From Ostreococcus lucimarinus (taxonomy: Eukaryota), in NCBI GenBank assembly GCA_000092065.1, contig CP000583.1: DNA of 64,000 nucleotides, one strand, 5' to 3'. The notes under the pieces were generated by a model. It worked only from the letters and a program-made list of their open reading frames with translations. It did no database searches and was not told the origin of the DNA. Below, piece after piece: positions 9,364 to 19,457 of the stretch. The stretch's first letter is position 1, and each line of letters begins with the position of its first letter. A program made the position numbers and the translations under genes.

Positions 9364-10419
9364 ATGGACGCGCGCGCGACGTCGAGGGCGTCGGCGTGGA
9401 CGCGCGCGCGCGAGACGCGCGCGAGGGGCGAGCGACGCGCGGCGAGCGGCGACGGCGCGCGCGCGCGGGCGAACGCGCGGCGGCGAGCGACGCGCGCGAC
9501 GCGCGCGCGAGGGGCGGAGCACGCGCTGGACGCGCTGTACCTGGGCGGACGCGCCGAGCGGGACGCGCGCGAGCTCGTGCTGCGGATCGGGGAGAGCGAG
9601 GTGAGGCTGGAGACTGGGAAGATTGGGTTGCAGGCGAACGGCGCGGTGTTCGCGAGCGAGGGGGAGACGGTGCTGTACAACACGGCGTGCGCGTCGAGGG
9701 AGTGCACGGGAGATGGGTCGTTCGTGCCGCTGACGGTGAATTACGCGGAGCGGTTCTCGGCGGCGGGGAGGACGTCGGGAGGGTATAAGAAGCGAGACGG
9801 GGGGTTAAGAGAAAACGAGACGCTCAAGGCGCGATTGGTCGATCGGCCGATACGACCGATGATGTACAAGGGATGGGGATACGAAACGCAGGTTTTGCAG
9901 TGGTTGATGAGTTTTGACGCCGAGCGATCGACGGATGCGCTGGCGATCACGGCGGCGTCGGCGGCGTTGGCGGTGAGCGACATTCCGCTGAAGAAGCCCG
10001 TCGTGGGCGTTCGAGTGGGTCTGATGCCTGGCTCGGATGAACCGGTGGTGAATCCGACGTCGGAACAAATGAAACAATCGAGATTGGACTTGGTGCTCGC
10101 CGGCACGGACGAGGCGGTGCTCATGATTGAGGGCTTTTGCGACTTTTTGACCACGGATGAAATGTTGCGAGCGATTGAAAAGGGCCAAGAGGCGGTGGCC
10201 AAGGCGTGCAAGGAAATTGACGCTTGGGCCGCAACTGTCGCGCCGCAGAAGATGATGCAAAAACTCATCGTGCAGCCCGAGGGCGTGGACGAGGCTGTCG
10301 CTGCGCTCGTGGAGGATGAATTGAAGCAAGCCATCGTCGTTCCGATCAAGCAAGAGCGAGGGGCGATGATTGGCGCCGCCCGCGAACGCGCAGTGGAAGC
10401 TCTTCAAGATGAATTCCAG
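9364..10419 (+). CDS. PNP: Polynucleotide phosphorylase (PNPase), exon 1: transit-peptide-like leader, RNase PH domain 1 and the helical domain
   Basis: ORF 9364..10488 reads LVLRIGESEVRLETGKIGLQANGAVFASEGETVLYNTACASRE...FVPLTVNYAERFSAAGRTSGGYKKRDGGLRENETLKARLVDRPIRPMMYKGW. The conserved sequence ends at ...AVEALQDEFQ, and the next bases are GTACGT (cag|gtacgtcag at 10419/10420). The read-through tail VRQWLRIRCL... is intronic. Confidence 0.85.
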
Positions 10420-10720
10420 GTACGTCAGTGGTTGCGCATACGCTGTCTCGCGCGAATCGGCGCTATTTCTCGCGCGAAACCTCGATAAGTCCCGCGCTCT
10501 ACCGAATAGTCGCAGCCGTTTCTCTCGAGAACTTGTTGGTTGCGGCTCAACTGCGAGCGCGTAAAGAAACGTGAATGCTTCGAACGGGCGCCCAGCCCAC
10601 CTTGGTGTCGCAGCCGAGTACTTCTGGATCCGCCCTTTGCACGCATTGCAAATTCTTGACGACGCCGCGAGCGAGACGGAACCGACTGACTTATGTACAC
10701 TTTTTCACACATCGTCGCAG
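10420..10720 (+). other. Spliceosomal intron 1 of the PNPase gene (301 nt; GTACGT donor, CTGAC branch point, ...tcgtcgcag acceptor)
   Basis: Exon 1 ends in phase 0 after Q (cag). The acceptor cag|gcttccgcc restores the frame at [10 protein letters not shown] of ORF 10571..11365, whose listed start is a GTG artefact. The branch-point-like CTGAC lies about 35 nt upstream of the acceptor. Confidence 0.75.
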
Positions 10721-11229
10721 GCTTCCGCCGTAATCAACGCGTGCGGCAAAATTGAGTCACGCGCCCTTCGCGACGTGATCCGAACCAAAGGTCGTCGTCA
10801 AGATGGTCGCACGACGTCGATGATTCGTCCGATTGCGTGCGAGGCGGGTATACTTCCTCGAACGCATGGCAGCTCGTTATTTACTCGCGGCGAAACGCAA
10901 GCCATCGGCGTCGCGACTCTCGGCGGTAGTCAGGATGCTCAGCGTCAAGACGACGTCGAAGCGGGCGAAGACAAACGCTTCATGTTGCACTACTTCTTCC
11001 CTCCGTCATCTGTTGGCGAAACTGGTCGCACGGGTGGCGCATCCCGACGTGAGATTGGTCACGGAAACTTGGCTGAACGCGCGCTCATGCCCATCCTTCC
11101 ATCGGAGGAGGACTTCCCTTTCGTGTGCAAACTGGAAAGCACAATCACGGAAAGTAACGGTTCCTCGTCAATGGCCACTGTCTGCGCGGGCACGCTCGCT
11201 TTGCTCGATGCCGGTGTTCCTATTAAAAG
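10721..11229 (+). CDS. PNP: PNPase exon 2 (RNase PH domain 2)
   Basis: It reads [69 protein letters not shown]...[19 protein letters not shown]. This matches the bacterial PNPase second RNase PH domain ([23 protein letters not shown] and LLDAGVPIK). The exon ends in phase 2 (AG) before GTGCGG. Confidence 0.8.
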
Positions 11230-11531
11230 GTGCGGGTTTGGCGACATAGTCGTCGCGGAAATATTTTTCGAAAAAGCCAGGTCCTTAAGAACGCTCTTCG
11301 TTGCGCCGCTTTTGTGGTGTATGGAGAGAGATCGAGTCATAACTTGGCGACATTCAGATGCATAGCGACGCGTTTTGCGTCGTTTATTTGCTGCTGCGCT
11401 AGCGGTTGAACCGTGGAACGGACGATTCTTCAACTGTCCCGCGCTGTATTCAAACGCCGCGCGGAAATTTGTTTCTCGCGTCGCGCTCGCTCTCTCAGTC
11501 ACTGACCTTTTTTTATATTTTCAATTCGCAG
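11230..11531 (+). other. Spliceosomal intron 2 of the PNPase gene (302 nt; GTGCGG donor, CTGAC branch point, ...caattcgcag acceptor)
   Basis: The donor reads aaaag|gtgcgggttt. The acceptor ttcgcag|gaaagtcgcgggtatcgccATGGGC gives the codon AG+G = R, followed by KVAGIAMGLIL. This reproduces the universally conserved PNPase motif VAGIAMGL that follows PIK. Confidence 0.7.
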
Positions 11532-12438
11532 GAAAGTCGCGGGTATCGCCATGGGCTTAATTTTGGGTTCTGAAGCCGCGGGCGGTGGCGATGAGCTCGA
11601 GCCCATCGTTCTCACCGATATCTTGGGCTCTGAAGACGCGCTCGGCGACATGGATTTTAAAGTTGCAGGCGACAAGGACGGTATCACCGCGTTCCAGATG
11701 GATATCAAGGTCGAAGGTATCACGATCGATGTCATGAAAACCGCGCTCGAAGAGGCGCAAAAGGGACTCGTGCACATCCTCGGCGAGATGGAAAAATGTG
11801 ACCCTGCGCCCGCGGGCGCCACGAGCAAGTATGCCCCGCGCATCGCTTCCATCGCGGTGCCGGAGAAGTACTTTGGCAAAGTCATCGGTAAGGGTGGGGA
11901 GACCATTCGTTCCATCATGGAGAAGACTGGTGCTGAGAACATCGATGTTAACAAAGAAAAGGAGATGGTGTTTGTCACTGGTGGCGCTGACGCGGACCTC
12001 GATGCGGCGATTCGGATGATCGAGGGCATGATTGTTGAACCAGAGGTGGGTAAAATTTATCGCGGCTGCGTCGTGAAGAAGGTTGTTGAATTCGGCTGCT
12101 TTGTTGAATATTTGCCGGGTCTCGAAGGACTTGTCCATATCAGTGAGCTCGACGTTTCACGCGTGCCAAACGTCTCCGACGTGACGTCCGAAGGAGCGGT
12201 GATGGATGTCAAGATTATCGCGGTCGATAATCGTGGTAAAACCAGTCTGAGTCGCAAAGAAGTTTTATTGGAGGAAAACCCAGAACTCGCCGCGGCCGGT
12301 TCTATGTCCGACGACAGCGCGAATGAAAGGAACGGTGGTGGCGGCGGACGAGGTGGTGGCGGACGCGGGGGTCGCGGTGGTCGTGCAGGACCGAAACGTG
12401 ATTCGGGCGGCCCCAAGCGCGACTCGGGCGGGTTCTAA
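11532..12438 (+). CDS. PNP: PNPase exon 3 (end of PH domain 2, KH domain, S1 domain and a C-terminal RGG-rich tail)
   Basis: ORF 11551..12438, extended 19 nt upstream to the acceptor. It reads ...SEDALGDMDFKVAGDKDGITAFQMDIKVEGI, then a KH motif (VIGKGGETIRSIMEKTG) and an S1 motif (GKIYRGCVVKKVVEFGCFVEYLPGLEGLVHISEL), then GGGGRGGGGRGGRGGRAG and the stop at 12436-12438. Confidence 0.85.
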
Positions 12439-12504
12439 TTTTTCTGATTTTTCGCGCATTTTTATCGGCATTACTAGATGTAGAGCTAGGCTATTGCGAT
12501 TGAC

Positions 12505-15033
12505 TTAAAGCTTAAAGCGCTCCTCGCTAGCAGATCCCCGAGTAGACCCCCGAGTTCCTTCACGAAACACCTTCTTCGGCGTCGAATTTTTCACCGACTT
12601 GGCTTTGGGCTTCCCCTTTTCGTCTTTGAAGGCGTGGTCCGCGTGTCGATGCGCGTCCAGGCGCTCGATGAGATCAGCTTTGCGTCCCTTTGTCGGTAGC
12701 CCATGGCATTTCAACTCCAGCTTGAGTTCCCCCACTTGCTTCTTTTCCCACGCTCGCCGCGGATCCACCGCCTCGTCTTCTGCTTCCTCTGGGTCGGCGT
12801 TCATCGTAGCGTCGGCGTTCGTGTCGTCGTCTTCATCTTCGTCTTCATCTTCGTCTTCATCTTCGTCTGGTTCGGACTCTGATTCAGGCTCTGAGCCAGC
12901 GTTCGAATCAGACGAATCTGATACATCCGCTTCTCGGCTTCGCTTCTTCCCCGACGACGGACTCCGTGCTGCTGGTGTTTCTTCGGAACGCCTCTCTTTT
13001 CGTGGCAAATTTTCTTGACATCCATTCGTATCATCACCTTTTCGCCCTTCCAGAGCCGAGATATCGATATGTCGAAACTTTGGCTTGATTTCGTCCTCTT
13101 CGCTTTCACGCTTTATCTCCACGCCCTCCTTCGGAGCTTCTGAGCCATCCTCCACGTTTGCATCGGCATCCGCGTCGGTATCAGCTTTGGCTTTGAATTT
13201 AGCGTGTTGCTGTTTGGCGTTATTTTGCCTATCCAGGACTCCAAGCGCGGCGGCGAGGCGCGATCCTGAGCCTGCCGCCGCACGAGCCGCGCCACCTCTC
13301 TCCGCGATGCCAAGCGCCGCTTCCTTCGCTTGCATGTCCATTAAGGGCTTCAATAAATCACCTGCATTCGGCGGATAAAACAAACGCTCAGCTTTTTTGC
13401 GATGGTGTTCGGCACGCAGCAAGACATCCGACTCGGTGGCGGCGTCGTCAGATTCGTTTTCATCCTTTGACGTGATGGAATCGCCTTCAGATGAATCCTT
13501 CGTCGGGCGAAGTGCTCCATGCGCGGCCGTTTCTTGCAGATGCTTTCGTGCCTTTATGGCAAACTTTCCATAGTCCATATGCCAACGAAGTCTCAGAGTT
13601 TCCAACATGCTTTGCACCGTGCCGAGGACGCCTCCAGTACCTCCCGCCTCGTGCTGCTCGATCCCCGATCCGAAGTCCACGTCTGTGCCGTACGGCATGA
13701 ACGGAGTGACGGCCAGAATGTGCGACTGCGCTTCAGCCTCCCATACGACAGTTCTATCGTCTACGATGACCGTGAGTTCGGCGGGAAAGTGAGCGCCGCA
13801 CGTCGTGCGCAAAGATTTCATCTCGTCCACGCCGACGGACTTGACTCTGTGCTCGAGTTGTGCGGGTTCAAACACCGCCCCGTGCGGATCTAAAATCCTA
13901 CAAACCTCCCGCGCGTAGTTATTGGAAGCTTTTGTACAAACAAAAACTTCAGCGCGCTTTGATTGACGACCGTCGGATCCGGCCAAGTACTTTCGCATCT
14001 CCTCCCAACCCGGACGCACGTGCACGAGCATCGCCGTGGCGGGGTTTGCCGGGTTGATCACCGTGAACACGAGCATCGCGCCCTTGATGTGCGGACTCGG
14101 AATTCGAATAATGTTTCGCAATCTTTGCATACCGTTGGGCAAGCTCTCGATCTCTGGAATCGTCACCGATCGTCTGTTGTTGTGCGTCACCGCGCCTTCG
14201 GAACAATACTGGTACAGCATCGCTCTATCGGTTTGCAAGCGCCGCAGCGCTTGCTCGCACGCAATCTTATCCTGCTTCACCTCTTCAATCATCACCGTCG
14301 AAACCCTCGGATTCGTCACGTCGAACTTCATCAGGCTCACCATTTTCAACCGCGTCGCCTCGATGCGTCGATCCAACATGTGCAGCGTCGTCGACTGCAC
14401 GAGCGTCTCGTCCAAATCAAACACCACCACCAAGCGATTATGTTTCAACAACGGTTGCGCGTACGCCGGCGCCATCTCATCCGTTTTAAACGCCACAAAC
14501 CGCGTCGTCGCGGACGCTCCTCCGTCCGCCCGCCTCTCATCTCCCGTCCCCTCGCCTCCGTCCTCTTCGCCTTCGCGCGTCGCCTCCGGCACCGCCACCA
14601 AGTGCAGTTCCCCGCTCGTCCTCCCCTCCCCATCCTTCATCTGCACCACCGCGCTCTTATTCTCCCGCGTCATCTCCGCGTGTAACTCCTCGATCGCTCG
14701 TCTCTCCTCCTCCTCGCACGTCGCGCACGGCGCGCATCGAAACGACGGCGCGCCCCCGCTCGAGCGCGCGAGAAAGTGCAGCGCCGCGAGCGGATCGAAC
14801 GCGTCTCGAGATTCCCAGAACCCAACGATCGCCATCTCCCCCCCCGCGCCGCGCAATTCTTCCAGCAGCGTCTCGTTCGCCGTTCGCTTCGCGCCCGCGT
14901 TCGCTTCGCGCGCGTCGCCGTCGTCGTTCGCGCGCGGATCCTCCGCGACGCCCTCGAGCGCGTCGCACGCGAGCCTGAGCCCCGTCTGACGCTCGCGCTT
15001 CACCACGCTCGCCGTGAGCGCGACCGGCGGCAT
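12505..15033 (-). CDS. FCP1-homology (CTD-phosphatase-like, HAD DxDxT) domain protein with a C-terminal SAP DNA-binding motif
   Basis: An 842-aa ORF with a real ATG at 15033. The phosphatase motif reads LVVVFDLDETLVQSTTLHML within an FCP1/NIF-like domain. Acidic and serine-rich linkers follow. The C-terminal SAP-like helix pair reads WEKKQVGELKLELKCHGLPTKGRKADLIERLDAH. The true start could be a downstream Met. Confidence 0.65.
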   Translation of the reverse strand: MPPVALTASVVKRERQTGLRLACDALEGVAEDPRANDDGDAREANAGAKRTANETLLEELRGAGGEMAIVGFWESRDAFDPLAALHFLARSSGGAPSFRCAPCATCEEEERRAIEELHAEMTRENKSAVVQMKDGEGRTSGELHLVAVPEATREGEEDGGEGTGDERRADGGASATTRFVAFKTDEMAPAYAQPLLKHNRLVVVFDLDETLVQSTTLHMLDRRIEATRLKMVSLMKFDVTNPRVSTVMIEEVKQDKIACEQALRRLQTDRAMLYQYCSEGAVTHNNRRSVTIPEIESLPNGMQRLRNIIRIPSPHIKGAMLVFTVINPANPATAMLVHVRPGWEEMRKYLAGSDGRQSKRAEVFVCTKASNNYAREVCRILDPHGAVFEPAQLEHRVKSVGVDEMKSLRTTCGAHFPAELTVIVDDRTVVWEAEAQSHILAVTPFMPYGTDVDFGSGIEQHEAGGTGGVLGTVQSMLETLRLRWHMDYGKFAIKARKHLQETAAHGALRPTKDSSEGDSITSKDENESDDAATESDVLLRAEHHRKKAERLFYPPNAGDLLKPLMDMQAKEAALGIAERGGAARAAAGSGSRLAAALGVLDRQNNAKQQHAKFKAKADTDADADANVEDGSEAPKEGVEIKRESEEDEIKPKFRHIDISALEGRKGDDTNGCQENLPRKERRSEETPAARSPSSGKKRSREADVSDSSDSNAGSEPESESEPDEDEDEDEDEDEDDDTNADATMNADPEEAEDEAVDPRRAWEKKQVGELKLELKCHGLPTKGRKADLIERLDAHRHADHAFKDEKGKPKAKSVKNSTPKKVFREGTRGSTRGSASEERFKL

Positions 15034-15180
15034 CGTCGCCGTCGTCCGCGTCCGCGCGCGGCGCGCGGGCGTCGCGCGGCGCGACGCGAGGCGGCGAATG
15101 CCGCCGACGCGCGCGCGACGACGCGGTCGAGCGCGGCGTCAGAGCGCCGCGCGCGGACGCCGCGCGCGGGCGAGGCGGCG

Positions 15181-15426
15181 ATGGCGGCGCGCGCGGCGGC
15201 GCGCGCGGCGGCGCGCGACGGCGCGACGCGCGACGCGCGCGCGCGCGCGGGACGCGCGCGGGAACGGCGCGCGTCCGCGAGGCGAACGCCGATGGTTCGC
15301 GCGACGACGCGGGACGAGCGCGCGCGCGTGTACATCGAGCACACGGATGCGTACGGCGTGGTGTTTTACGCGAATTACTTCGCGTTCGCGTCGAACGCGG
15401 CGGAGGCGCTCGGGAGAGTCGCGGCG

Positions 15427-15458
<32 letters not shown>

Positions 15459-16191
15459 GAACGCCGGCGGTTTCGATTTCGGGCGCGCGTTTCGATGCGC
15501 GAGGATCGAGCATTGTAAGTACGCGCGCGCGGCGACTCTGGGAGACGCCATCGCGGTTCGGTCGGAGGTGGTGCGCGCGGACGAACGGAGCGCGACGTTG
15601 AGGCAAGAAATCGTTTCGGCGAACGACGACGCCGACGAGACGGTGTTTCTCAGCGCGGAAATAACGTACGCGGGCGCGGGCGCGGAAACGGACGATAGTG
15701 TGGGTGTCGGCGACACCGCGGGCGATGAGACGTTCGCGGCGCCGTGGGAGATGGAAGACGGGAGATGCGCGTCGACGGCGGTGAGGATGTATCGAGGCGA
15801 ACGCTCCGCCGCCCAACGCTCGCACGTCGACATCTTGCGATTCTTCGAACGCGCTCGAACCGACGCCATCGGTGGTTCGGACGCGCTGAGTGCGCTGCAG
15901 GACGATGGCGTTGTCGTCGTCGTGTCGCGTTTGCAGGCGTATTTCCCGCGCGGCGACGGTTCCCAATCGAAATCTTCGTCATCTGTTATCCCGGTGTACG
16001 ACGTCAAATCAACCGTCGAACTCAAGCGTCGCGGTATCCAAGTCGTGTTTCACCAAGCCATGTTTGCCGACGACGGCGCGTGCGTCGGATACGGCGATGT
16101 CACGTGCACGTGCTTGGACGCGAAGACTATGCGTCCGATGCCGTGCCCGCCGGCGCTCGTTGACACGTTCGCGCCGTTCTGCATCGCGTGA
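15181..16191 (+). CDS. Tandem hotdog-fold (4HBT-type) acyl thioesterase, acyl-lipid/acyl-ACP thioesterase-like, with a poly-Gly insert
   Basis: The listed start of ORF 14776..16191 is a GTG. The first ATG beyond the divergent neighbour is at 15181 (MAARAAARAAARDG..., a transit-peptide-like leader). The alternative ATG is at 15292 (MVRATTRDERARVYIEHTDAYGVVFYANYFAFASNAAEALG). The first hotdog domain carries a (GGC)n-encoded G10 run at about 15424..15455. The second hotdog-like half reads YRGERSAAQRSHVDILRFFERARTDAIGG...VVFHQAMFADDGACVGYGDVTC. Confidence 0.55.
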
Positions 16192-16351
16192 GCCCTAGCG
16201 CTAGCCCGCTCGACGCGACGAAGCAGCGATCGATGTAAAATCATCCGTTCTCTAGTTTCTTATTCGCCGCGCGCCGATCTTCGCGTCGCGGCCGATTTCT
16301 CTCCGCTCTCGACGCGCCGCCGCCGCACTCGCCGCCGCGCGCGCGCCGTCG

Positions 16352-17359
16352 ATGCCGGACATCGTCCGCATCGGCGGCACCGACCTCGTGCGCACGCGTG
16401 AGGCGAACGGCGAGTTCACGTACCGCCCCGTGGACGCGCAAACCGGCGCCGTGGTGGACGCCGCGACGTTTGAGGCGCGGAAGAAGGCGCAGAGGCAAGC
16501 GCAGCTCGCGAACGATCCTCGAGCGAACGAGCGCGCGGCGAACGAATGGGCGGCGCAGACGCGCGCGGCGATCGCGCGCACGCGCGTCGATGAATCGCGA
16601 CGGCTGAAGCGGGAAGACGCGCAGCGAAGGGAGCGGGAGAGCGGAACGACGGGACCGAGACGGCGCGCGAGAGAGCTCGGCGCGTCGGCGAAACCGTCGA
16701 AAGTGCTCACAGATTTGCGAGAGGAGATGCGCATCGCGGAAGCGACGGGATTGAAGAAGAAAAATCCAGGGTCGTATTCGTTTCTCAAAGCGGCGCTGGA
16801 CGTGGAGGAGGGGAAGCACGCGCGCGCGGTGGAGGCTGCGAGGAAGCGCGACTACGCGAAGGCTCGGTCGAGGAAAGGGGTGAAGGGAGACGCGGGATTA
16901 GACGCGGAGTTGAGCTCGGGAGACGAGGACAATGCGCCGAGAATTCGCGGGTCGTTGGCGGATTTGGATGATCCAGATTATCGCCGCGACGCGCGACCGA
17001 CGACGGCGAAGGCGCCGACGCCGATGCCGACAAAGGCGACAAAGGCGAAAGGCCTGTGCAGACGGTGCAAATTGCCAGGTCATCTTGCGCGCGATTGCAT
17101 GACGGACGAAAAGGATCTTCCAACCGCGAACAAGAGCGTCGTCGACGCGGTGGCGAGCGAAATTGAGCGTTTGGACGTCACGGGCGACGTCGCGCCTAAG
17201 GCGGCGAATATCCCGAAGCCTAGGAGCGCGAAGCATGGCGCGAGCAAGAACGACGACGCGAACGACCCCGATTACGCACGAGAACCGGTGTCGAAGAAAA
17301 CGAGCGGGCGTGGAGGAAGAGGCGGCCGAGGTGGACAACAAAGGCTCGTGGTCACGTGA
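16352..17359 (+). CDS. CCHC zinc-knuckle protein with a C-terminal RGG box (putative RNA-binding protein)
   Basis: A 335-aa ORF with a real ATG. It is lysine/arginine/glutamate-rich, with the single knuckle CRRCKLPGHLARDC and a terminal GRGGRGGRGGQQ. The codon usage contains ordinary AT-ending codons, unlike the shadow ORFs. Confidence 0.5.
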   Translation: MPDIVRIGGTDLVRTREANGEFTYRPVDAQTGAVVDAATFEARKKAQRQAQLANDPRANERAANEWAAQTRAAIARTRVDESRRLKREDAQRRERESGTTGPRRRARELGASAKPSKVLTDLREEMRIAEATGLKKKNPGSYSFLKAALDVEEGKHARAVEAARKRDYAKARSRKGVKGDAGLDAELSSGDEDNAPRIRGSLADLDDPDYRRDARPTTAKAPTPMPTKATKAKGLCRRCKLPGHLARDCMTDEKDLPTANKSVVDAVASEIERLDVTGDVAPKAANIPKPRSAKHGASKNDDANDPDYAREPVSKKTSGRGGRGGRGGQQRLVVT

Positions 17360-17379
17360 TTTTATTTTACAACATGGAT

Positions 17380-18948
17380 TCACGCACTCAAGTTGAGCGT
17401 GCGTTCAACGGCGTCGTTCCAACGCGCGTAGTTCGTTTCGCGAGCTTCGATGGATAGTTTCGGGACGAACTCTGTGATGTCCCGATCACCATCACCTTCG
17501 CTGACGTTCGCGAAAACGTCTTCCTCTGTCATCAACCCGGCGCCGATGGCTGCGGCGTACGCCGCGCCTCGAGCCGTCGTCTCCACATCCGAGGGACGAA
17601 TGACATTCAAACCGATGCAATCGGCTTGAATTTGCATGAGAAGATTATTTGCACTCGCGCCGCCGTCAACTTTAAGCGCACTCAGCGAATGCGAGGTCGA
17701 TTCAGCCATGTCTTGACGCATGGCGTCGAGAACGTCTCTCGATTGAAACGCGATGGCGTCTAGCGCGGCTCGCGCGATGTGTCCTTTGTTGACGTACTGC
17801 GTCAGCCCCACAATCACACCACGCGCGTCTTCGCGCCATCTTGGCGCAAAAAGACCGCTAAATGCGGGGACAAACGATACACCAGCGGCATCTTCCACGG
17901 TGCCGGCGAGACTTTCGATATCGCTCGCCGTTTTAATCAACCCGAGATTATCGCGTAACCAGTGCACGACCGCGCCCGCGATTGCGACAGAACCCTCCAA
18001 AGCATACTTTGGGGTTTTGTCTCGTCCTCCGAGCTGCCACGCCATAGTCGTGAGCAGCCCGTGCTTCGAGCGCACGATGGTTGAACCCGTATTGAGAATC
18101 ATGAAGCAACCGGTGCCGTACGTATTCTTCGCCTGACCAACGTCGCATCTCTGTCCGAGCGTGGCCGATTGCTGATCACCGATGCATCCCGTAATTTTGA
18201 TCCCTCCTAAACCCTCGATGCTCGCATCGATCTCGCCAAAATCCTCGGCGCACGATTTGATCTCCGGCAGCGCGTCCATCGGCACGCCGAGCGTCTCGCA
18301 CGTCGCCGCGTCCCACGTCAAATCATCCAATCGCATCAGCAGCGTTCGCGACGCGTTCGAAACATCCGTAATGTGCGCTTTCCCGCCGGTGAGTTTATAC
18401 ACCAACCAACTCTCGATCGTTCCAAAGCACAAATCTTTTTCGCGCGCCGCCTCGCGCACGCCCTCGTCGTTTTCCAACAACCACCGCATCTTCATCGCGC
18501 TAAAATACGTGCTCACCGGCAACCCACACGTCGCGACGAACGCGTTCTTATCCCCATCGCACGCCTCTCTCACCACCGCATCGCACGTCTCCCGCGTGCG
18601 CGAGTCCAACCACACCACCGCGTTCGCCAGCGCCGTCCCGTCGCTTCGCCGCCACGCGCACGTCGTCTCTCGCTGATTCGTGATCCCCACGCACGCCAGA
18701 TCGCTCGCCGTCACGCCCGCCGATCGCAGCGCCTCCCTCGCGCACGTCAGCGCGCGCTCAAAGATCTCCTCCGCGTCGTGCTCGCACCATCCCGGCGCCG
18801 GATACCGTTGCGCGTGCTCCCGCTGCGCCGACGCGATCTTCACGTACGTCCTCGCGTCCCGCGGCGCCGTCGTCTCGTACACGACGAACCGCGTGGACGT
18901 CGTCCCCTGATCCAGCGCGCCGACGCACGTCGCGCGCCGACGCGCCAT
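17380..18948 (-). CDS. GK: Glycerol kinase (FGGY carbohydrate kinase family)
   Basis: ORF 17380..19143 contains ALDQGTTSTRFVVY...GWCEHDAEEIF...ACVGITNQRETT...YFSAMKMRWLLEN...GLTQYVNKGHIARAALDAIAFQSRDVLDAM...LKVDGGASANNLLMQIQADCIGLNVIRP. The listed start is a GTG. Real ATGs are at 19140, which gives a 64-aa R-rich extension, and at 18948 (MARRRATCVGALDQGTT), which aligns with the bacterial GlpK N-terminus. Confidence 0.88.
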   Translation of the reverse strand: MARRRATCVGALDQGTTSTRFVVYETTAPRDARTYVKIASAQREHAQRYPAPGWCEHDAEEIFERALTCAREALRSAGVTASDLACVGITNQRETTCAWRRSDGTALANAVVWLDSRTRETCDAVVREACDGDKNAFVATCGLPVSTYFSAMKMRWLLENDEGVREAAREKDLCFGTIESWLVYKLTGGKAHITDVSNASRTLLMRLDDLTWDAATCETLGVPMDALPEIKSCAEDFGEIDASIEGLGGIKITGCIGDQQSATLGQRCDVGQAKNTYGTGCFMILNTGSTIVRSKHGLLTTMAWQLGGRDKTPKYALEGSVAIAGAVVHWLRDNLGLIKTASDIESLAGTVEDAAGVSFVPAFSGLFAPRWREDARGVIVGLTQYVNKGHIARAALDAIAFQSRDVLDAMRQDMAESTSHSLSALKVDGGASANNLLMQIQADCIGLNVIRPSDVETTARGAAYAAAIGAGLMTEEDVFANVSEGDGDRDITEFVPKLSIEARETNYARWNDAVERTLNLSA

Positions 18949-19457
18949 CGCGGCGTCGCGCGATGTCGATCGTCGCGCGCCGCGCGCGCGACCGCGCCGT
19001 CGATCGCGCGATCGCGCGTCGATCGACGGTCGAGGGTTCGTTGACGCCGCGCGAAGCTCGACGCGTCGATCGAGGTCGGTCGCTCCGATCGATCGCGGTG
19101 CGCGGCGGCTCGCGCGCGGACGCGGCGTCGCGCGACACATCACGGCGACGACGCGCGCGATGGCGACGCAATTCGCGCGCGCGAGCGCGCTCGAGACGTG
19201 CGTGTGACGCGCGACCGCGCGACGCGCGCGCGCGTAACGCGCGACCGCGCGCGCGTCGGAGGCGTCGCGCGCGGATAAAGCCCTGCGATGACGATGACGA
19301 TGGCGCGGCGCGACGACGACGACGACGAAGACGACGACGCGAGACTGACGAGGGCGCGAACGACGACGACGATGGCGACAGACGCACGACGCTTCGATCG
19401 AACCGCGGACGACGAAGCGTGGAGACGCGAGCGAGCAAGGTGGAGAGGAACCCGCGG

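Noticed and set aside
7232-9604. ORF 7232..9604 on the plus strand (790 aa), and 7683..8480 on the plus strand
   Set aside because: They are antisense shadows of the well-supported eIF4G gene. The product is poly-R, poly-H and poly-P low complexity.
10420-11531. PNPase introns as Micromonas introner elements, because their lengths are nearly identical (301 and 302 nt)
   Set aside because: The two introns show no obvious sequence similarity to each other beyond the shared polypyrimidine and CTGAC signals. Nothing resembling a repeated element is seen elsewhere in the window. A database comparison would settle it.
18963-19457. Use of the ATG at 18963 as the DapL start, or of 19143/19140 as the GK start
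   Set aside because: The two extensions overlap each other on opposite strands and encode D/R-rich low complexity. Homology of both enzymes begins at the downstream ATGs (19458 and 18948). A 19140 start for GK cannot be fully excluded.
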